64,000 nucleotides of DNA, taken from contig OZ176057.1 of assembly GCA_964247055.1 (NCBI GenBank), positions 1,860,001 through 1,924,000 of the forward strand, written 5' to 3'. Positions 54,088 to 61,205 of this stretch are shown one piece after another. The translations under genes and the position numbers were made by a program. This DNA comes from Paragordius varius. Taxonomy: Eukaryota; Animalia; Nematomorpha. The notes beneath the pieces are model-generated. The model had not been told where the DNA came from, did no database searches, and was given only the letters and a program-made list of their open reading frames with translations. Every line of letters starts with the position of its first letter. Positions within the stretch are counted from its first letter, which is position 1.

Positions 54088-55187
54088 TTATTTTTTCTTT
54101 CTAACCTGGCCGACTAATTTTTTCAATTCCTTATTTAAACTTTTATACTTATCTCTATCATCATCATTCCTTGTATGTCTCCATTTGTCAAAAGCCTTAC
54201 CTTTTTCTCGTGACATCAATATTATTCTTTCATCGTAAAGCCAAGCCTCTCTGTATACTTGAGATTTTCCACCTTTTAATCCACAAACTAGAGTTCCTGC
54301 ATTTTTGATTAACTGACTTACTTTATCCATCACCATTTAACCCACCATCCTCGGATAACCGTATTTCTTTTATAAAAGCCTGCCTTTTTTCGGATAATTT
54401 TTCCCACTTAATACTTTGTAATCTCTTTGAATAAGAACCACTTTGTTTAGACTTTTCTTTCACGAAAAATTTACAAATAAGTAAATTATGTTGCGAACTA
54501 ACCTCTAAGTTTGGCACGACCTTACAATCTATTACAAGCTTCAATCAGTCTCTTGGAACAAGTATAAAATCTATTTGAGATTTGTTTATGCCGCTCTTAA
54601 AAGTACTAGATGACTCTCTCTTTTTTCGAAAAACGTGTTCGCTATCGCCAAATTGTGAGATTGTGCAAATCAGAGCAGATTAATTCCTTCCTCGTTTCTT
54701 TCTCCATAAGAATGTCCCCCGTGCCATATTTCAAAAGATTCCCTTTTTGAACCAAGATGACCATTAAAATCCCCACATAAAAACTTGACTCTGAGCTGAG
54801 GGAGAGCGACTATTTTTTTATCTAGAGTCTCGTAAAATTGCTCCTTTTCTTGTTTCGGTAAACCTATTTGCGGGGAATATATACTAAATACCGTTATGAC
54901 CTCGTTACCTACCAAAATATCTAAATTCATGATTCGGCTGTTATAGCGTCTTACTTCTTTAACCTGATTGGACAATTTGGGATTAATGATAATTGCACTC
55001 CATTTCGTCCGCCACTTTCACCTGAGTAATATAGTCGATAATTCTCTTCCAAAGTCCTTGCTCCGTTTCCGCCGTAACGAGTCTCTTGTAATGCCAAAAT
55101 ATCAATATGTTTAACTTTCATTATTCATACAATATCATTTAACTTACTTTTCAATGAACCAACATTTAAACTGCAAAATACAGGCAT
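54088..55187 (-). pseudogene. Disrupted APE endonuclease and linker region of the RTE ORF
   Basis: Manual translation gives SLNVGSL, ILALQETR, CGDFNGH, SQIDFIL and SQHNLL. In-frame TGA at 55,125-55,127, 54,670-54,672 and 54,545-54,547. Frameshifts near 54,997, 54,605, 54,330 and 54,090. Likely ATG at 55,187. Confidence 0.88.
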
Positions 55188-55728
55188 CCCGTATTCCTTT
55201 GCATTCTCTTTGTATTATTGGCCACAACACCAAAACGGCGGCTGGCCAGGCCTGACCGGTTATTACTATACACATCAATATTCATTTGACAGCTTTAAAC
55301 AAACAAAATAAAAATAAGAAAATTGAAGTGTCGAACTAATTATGACAAATTGATAGATGTTAAAAAAAAACCTAGGCTATAGGTAAAAACGGAAATTATA
55401 TTTCGCAATAAAAAATTTAGAGCAAAATTTATGTATAAAACAATATAAATCAAGGGTTATTTTATGTGTCATAGTAAAAAATAAAATAAATAGTGCTACA
55501 ATACTTATCCAAGAATACAATCTATATATTTAAGAGAATATTAATAGGCAAAGTATAGGAAAAGGCCAACGGTAAGTCCTACGTCCAAAAACAAAAATGG
55601 GAATAGGTATGTTATAACAAAATTTAAAGTATAGGATAAGTGATAAAAGATAGAATAAACTTTGATGATAAATAGATATAATATAAAATAAATAAGAATT
55701 TAAAATTTTTCGTTTGTGTAGTGGTCGA

Positions 55729-55760
55729 ACGCGCGCGCGTACATAATTTTATTAATGATC
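55729..55760 (-). promoter_or_regulatory. Putative internal Pol II promoter at the RTE 5' end
   Basis: Minus strand starts GA-TCATT (arthropod Inr-like TCAKT), with ACGCGCGCGCGT at +17 to +28 in an otherwise very AT-rich UTR. No clean DPE match. Confidence 0.35.
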
Positions 55761-55773
55761 CCACTCGCTGCAT
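55761..55773 (+). other. Right target-site duplication (ccactcgctgcat, 13 bp)
   Basis: Satellite resumes at 55,761 with the same 13 nt that ended the left flank, so monomer phase overlaps by 13. Confidence 0.85.
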
Positions 55774-57668
55774 CTATTGTTAACTTTAGGAGGTTGCGTG
55801 GTGTATCGAGGAATTTTGGTATTTGGTTTTACGGTACTGCCACTCGCTGCATCTATTGTTAAAAAATTTATTTAACTTTAGGAGGTTGCGTGGTATATCG
55901 AAAAATTGTGGTATTTGGTTTTACGGTACTGCCACTCGCTGCATCTATTGTTTTAAAATATATTTACCTTTAGGAGGTTGCGTTGATCGAGGAAAATCGG
56001 TATTTGGTTTTACGGCACTGCCACTCGCTACATCTATTGTTTAAAAATTTATTTATGTTTAGGAGGCTGCGTGGTTGATAGAGGAGTAATGGTATTTGGT
56101 TTTACGGTACTGCCACTCACTGCATCTATTGTTTAAAATATATTTACGTTTAGGAGGCTGCGTGGCTGATAGAGGAGTAATGGTATTTGGTTTTACGGTA
56201 CTGCCACTCGCTGCATCTATTGTTTAAAAATTTATTTACGTTTAGGAGGTGCGTGCTAGTTAGAGTAATATATTTGGTTTTACGGTACTGCCACTCACTG
56301 CATCTATTGTTTAAAAATATATATAGGTTCAGGGGGCTGCGTGGTTGATAGAGGAGTAATGGTAATTGGTACGGCACCGCCACTCACTTCATCTTATTAA
56401 AAATTTATTTACCTTTAGGAGGTTGCGTGGTTGATCGAAGACTAATGATATTTGGTTTTACGGTACTGCCACCTACTACATCTATTGTTTAAAAATATGT
56501 TTACGTTCAGGGGGCAGCGTGGTTGATAGAGGAGTAATGGTAATTGGTTTTACGGTACTGTCACCCACTACATCTATTGTTTAAAAATATGTTTACGTTC
56601 AGGGGGCAGCGTGGTTGATAGAGGAGTAGTGGTAATTGGTTTTACGGCACCGCCACTCACTTCATTTATTTATTAAAAATAGATTTACGTTCAGGGGGCT
56701 GCGTGGTTGATAGAGTAGTAATGGTATTTGGTTTTACGGTACCGCCACTCACTACATCTATTGTTTAAAAATATAATTACGTTCAGGGGGCTACGTGGTT
56801 GATAGAGGAGTAAATATATTTGGTTTTACGGCACAGCCACTTACTTCATCCCTTTATTAAAAATTTATTTACCTGTAGGAGGTTGCGTGGTTGATCGAGG
56901 AAAATCGGTATTTGGTTTTACCATACTGCCACTCGCTGCATCTATTGTTTAAAAATATATTTACCTTTAGGAGGTTGCGTAGTTGATCGAGGAATTGTGG
57001 TATTTGGTTTTACGGTACTGCCACTCGCTGCATCTATTGTTTAAAAATATATTTACGTTCAGGGGCTGCGTGGTTGATCGAGGAATTGTGGTATTTGGTT
57101 TTACGGCACTGCCACTCGCTGCATCTATTGTTTAAAAATTTATTTACGTTTAGGACGCTGCGTGGTTGATAGAGGAGTAATGGTATTTGGTTTTACGGTA
57201 CTGCCACTCACTGCATCTATTGTTTAAAAATTTATTTACGTTTAGGAGGCTGCTTGATCGATGGAGGAGTAATAGTATTTGATTTTCTATTTATTAAAAA
57301 TATATTTACGTTTAGGAGGCTGCGTGAATGATAGAGGAGTAATGATTATTTGTTTTTCGACACTCACTACATCTCTATAAAAAATTATATTTACCTTTAG
57401 GAAGCTGCGCTGATAGACGAGTAATTGTATTTATTTTTACGCCACCGCCACTCACTACCTCTATTTATTAAAAATATATTTACGTTTAGGAGGCTGCGTG
57501 GTTGGTGGAGGAGCAATAGCATTTAATTTTTCGCCATTCACTACTATTTATCAATAATATATTTCCATTCGGAGGCTGCTTCTTTGGTGTACAGCTTTTG
57601 GTTTTTCGCTAATCACTAAATCCTTTTATTAAAAATATATTTACCCTTAAGAGGCTTGGTTGGTGGAG
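55761..57668 (+). repeat. Terminal degenerate C-type satellite block (about 20 monomers), array edge
   Basis: C-type monomers remain recognisable but accumulate indels and substitutions, most strongly after 57,250. Last trace is tttacccttaagaggcttggttgg near 57,640-57,665. Confidence 0.9.
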
Positions 57669-57669
57669 G

Positions 57670-58300
57670 ATTCAGGAATGTGTGGTTACCATGGAGAATT
57701 GAGATGACATTTTTTAGACCATGGATCAAAAGTTTTCAAAGTAGATTTTTTGCAGTCCACGTAAAAAATGTTAGTTTTGTGGATTTAATAAAATTTAAAG
57801 ATTTGATTTGTGAGGGTATTGGATGTTACACGGGTCCTTTCAAGTTAATACTCATAAAAGGTAGTATCTCAAAAATATTTGCAGCTCGAAGGGTACCTAT
57901 CTCGCTTTAATCTAAGGTGGGACTGAATTAAAAAGGCTTGAGGATCTGGGTTACATTGAAGGCATAAATCACTCGCAAAAGCGAATCGACTGGGTAGCTC
58001 CGTTCGTGATAGTTGGGAAGAATAAAATATCGCATGTGTGGCTATAGGGTTACAGTTAACCCAAGTTTGGTTCCAGTCGATGATTTGATTCCAACGTTTG
58101 ATCAGTTAGTGTTCAAAATTGAGCAGGAAAAGTTTTTACGAACCTGGATCTAAAAGAGGCGTACAGGCAAAAGCCTATCCACCAAGATTTTCTACATTTA
58201 CTCACGTTTAGGTCGCAAATAGGTCTTTTTCGATTTAAGAAACTTCTATTAAAATTTTAAATGATTGCCTAGGTGCCGCGGTTTACCTAGATGATTAATC
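57670..58300 (+). pseudogene. Ty3/gypsy pol fragment: protease end and RT N-terminal half through YLDD
   Basis: Across stops and frameshifts: ARRVPISL, ELKRLEDLGYI, WVAPFVIV, VTVNPSL, FTNLDLKEAYRQ, GLFRFKKL and ILNDCLGAAVYLDD (tacctagatgat at 58,284-58,295). Confidence 0.85.
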
Positions 58301-58340
58301 AAATCTGAAAGATACTTTATTTTTATATCATAATTTTCTG

Positions 58341-58583
58341 TGTTATATGCAAATGTGAAATACATACCTTGGTTATATATCATTACTTTCACCGTTATTT
58401 GAATTGTATTATTTTCTATATTTTTTTTGTAATATGTAAATATTATAACCTTTGTTACCTGAAATTTTATTGATATAATGCAAATTATGTACAACTAAAA
58501 TTACTATATATAAACCCTAAAAAACCAAATAAATAGTTCATTTCACATTTCTTATATTATCTCCTCATCTTTACAAGATAACA
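58341..58583 (+). mobile_element. Putative 5' LTR (243 bp) followed by primer-binding-site-like sequence
   Basis: Begins TGTTAT (58,341) and ends ATAACA (58,583), a 6-bp terminal inverted repeat with TG...CA ends. It is followed by t-TGGTAGCC at 58,585 and gag-like sequence. No matching second LTR was seen. Confidence 0.55.
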
Positions 58584-58589
58584 TTGGTA

Positions 58590-58887
58590 GCCAATTCGAG
58601 TACCGAACTAATCTAACAACTAATCTAACACAACAGCGGAACCTCCGGGTTCCAAACTCGGATGGTGATAGAGTCCAAAGCAACAACCATGACAATGTCG
58701 ATTGCCAATATCACCAGCATGTTCAGTAAACAATATAATGATACCAATTATAGCAATGGTAACAATTTTAATCGATCACAATCAAAACCTCTGACACATT
58801 CGCGCAAGGGATGGGAGTGTTCATAAACAAATGTCCCGCCTGGAACCGCATTGCTAATGCGGAAAACCCAACCACTTCGCTAATGTA
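58590..58887 (+). pseudogene. Decayed gag fragment with CCHC zinc knuckle remnant
   Basis: 58,832-58,886 reads CPAWNRI(C)xCGKPNHFANV with one frameshift and one stop, the usual CPA..CxxCxKxNHFAxVC knuckle of gypsy-type gag. Confidence 0.6.
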
Positions 58888-60640
58888 GAAAAAAACACTG
58901 CCAAAAATATGTTCAACCGCCAGTGCACTGAAAGCGAACGGGCTAAGAATCTAAAGCGATGGAATCATTATCAACAAATGGCTGGGGAGGACTCCCACAT
59001 CATTCAACATTTGATGGATGGGTAAGTAAGATTGGCGCGGACAAGCTTGTAATAAGATTGATTGGTAAGACGCCTACCTCCCCAGGCCGAGTTAAAGCTA
59101 CACCCTCGACGATTTCAACGCTAAGAAGATGTTCCACTTACAATAGGACACTGTTCAGATTCCTTACAGCGCCGATAGTATTCCAGTGCGCCTGGACCAG
59201 TTGGTCTAGGGTGGCGTGAGGCATAGTTGGTCGACGAAAGAAGATATGATTTTTGATTAAGCTAAATAGAGAGTAGGCATTATGTCTAATACCGTTTAGC
59301 CCGATCCTTATATTGGTGTTAAAAACAGACGCATCGAATGACGGATTCGGAGCACTTTTATCACATATGACAAGTGATGTAAAACGGCCATTTAACTTTT
59401 GCGGATCGAAAATCTGTAAAGGCAGGACAACTTTCTCTATAACTGAAGAACGAGGGTCAATATACGCTTGAAATGCTTAAAATGTTTGTGTATGTCAAAA
59501 AGTTCTTATTAACCGATCATAAGCCACAGATCAAGTTGTTTGGCTATATGAGCGATCACAATAATATTAAAATAGTAAATTATTAAGATGGATACTCAGA
59601 ACAATATATTATGGTGATATTGGGAGATTAGTTTTCTCCTCTACCGTGTGAAGAACCCACTGAAGAAGTTGAGGAACCAGCAACAAGTAAGCAGATCAAC
59701 TTTTTAACAGTACAACAACTTAAACGTACAGCGAATGAAATATAATACTTTACGTGTTTTTGATGGCATCAAAAGCAGCTATACGTCATAATGATTGATC
59801 AGCTCCAATTTTAAATTCGATATTAAGTATAATACACAAAATACAAGAATCATATGGGTTTGTATTGGGGCGATCGTTCTTATTATTTCAGAGCTTTGCG
59901 CAATGAAACGTTAAAATTTGCATGTTGGACGTTCGGTGAATGAAAGAGTCTGCCAAGGCTAGGGTTTTAGTGGTTAAACCAAGACATTTAAACATATGTG
60001 ACATCTTGTATGAAATGTCATTAAATCGAGCAACATAAAAAGCAATCCTACATACATATGGAATTTCAATACAGGTATTACGGATATATCTGGATATTTC
60101 CCGTATGGGTTTTATTGGTTAATAACAATCGATAGTGGCTCCAAATGAGTTGAAGTCGAGTTGCTAAGAAACGTTAATTCCGCAACCATATTATATTGAT
60201 TGGAAATTTGGTGTTTGGTTAGAGAAAATCCTTCCAACAATTAGATAACGACATCAGACCCAATCAAGTTTTTACACCGGACGAAGAGATGTACATAAAG
60301 AATGAAATTAATAGGGGTGGAGAAAATAGAATTTTGACAGAACTGGGGTACACTCGTACACGGTATAAGATTGGAATCGAAGCCTTCGCTAACATGCTGA
60401 TCAATTACGGCCGAGTGGCGAAAGAAAGACGGAAAGGGGTTGATTGAGGTTCAACGATAAACCACACTAATGAATGCAATATTACAACCAAAAACCAGGA
60501 AGTGGGGAGGGAACAAAGCAAACAAAATAACGAGAAAGACCCCCATGTTAAAATGAAAACGGAACAGAAAGAACCAAAAAGAAGATATTCACTTGTAAAA
60601 AAAAGCACCGGATTGGCTAGGATTTGGATAATGAGATATC
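58888..60640 (+). pseudogene. Ty3/gypsy pol fragment: RT C-terminus, RNase H, integrase (core largely deleted)
   Basis: LKANGLRI near 58,920; GRVKA near 59,085; KTDASNDGFGALLSH at about 59,322; TDHKP at 59,512; integrase LHxG...SCMKC at 59,918-60,018; IDSGSKxVEV near 60,130. The RT-RH-IN order defines Ty3/gypsy. Many stops and frameshifts. Confidence 0.85.
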
Positions 60641-61205
60641 TAGAATTTGAATACATCAGTTATTTAACCGTAGAGTAGACAAATTTATATGTTAGATTTG
60701 AATATATCTTTTATGGACCATCTAGTATTTGAATTAAATAAATGAATCACTTATGTAATTAACATGCAAACGTTATTTTACCTTAGCATAAACATCTAAA
60801 TATGATATACTCAAAAATATGTAAACACCGACATTATATATAGTTAGTTTTTGTGACTTATCGTAATAGATGTTAAAAAGTAAATCAAGCATTTATAAAT
60901 CAAGTAGAAGTAAATTTGATGGGAAGCCGGGTTATAAGCCAAAATAGTGTTAAATATCACATTTAGGCATAAAAACTGCCCAAATCAAAAAACTCAGGGG
61001 ATAGAAGTTTATTTAGATGTCGTTTGTGTAGAAACAATATCAATTGATGTTTGATTATTTTGTTAAAATACATTTATTTAGTGACCACGATTATGTAAGT
61101 TACATATAAGTAATAAAAATAATAATTTTTTACTACATAAGAGCTTTTTTTAAATTGGACGCTAAAGTAGGATTATTTAGCTTTAATTATGGTAAGAGTT
61201 TTAAG

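Larger units (their letters stand above)
52351..55760 (-). mobile_element. Full-length RTE-clade non-LTR retrotransposon (3,410 bp), probably non-functional copy
   Basis: APE endonuclease followed by RT in a single long reading region, about 570-bp 5' UTR, stop codon directly followed by a (TAA)n tail, flanked by ccactcgctgcat on both sides. Size, single-ORF layout and microsatellite tail match the RTE clade. Confidence 0.93.

Noticed and set aside
55150-55760. HDV-like or hammerhead ribozyme in the RTE 5' UTR
   Set aside because: I could not build P1/P2/P3/P1.1 pairings or find hammerhead core motifs by eye. A covariance-model search would be needed to exclude it fully.
60650-61200. 3' LTR matching 58,341-58,583
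   Set aside because: No similarity to the putative 5' LTR and no clear polypurine tract; left unannotated as AT-rich sequence.
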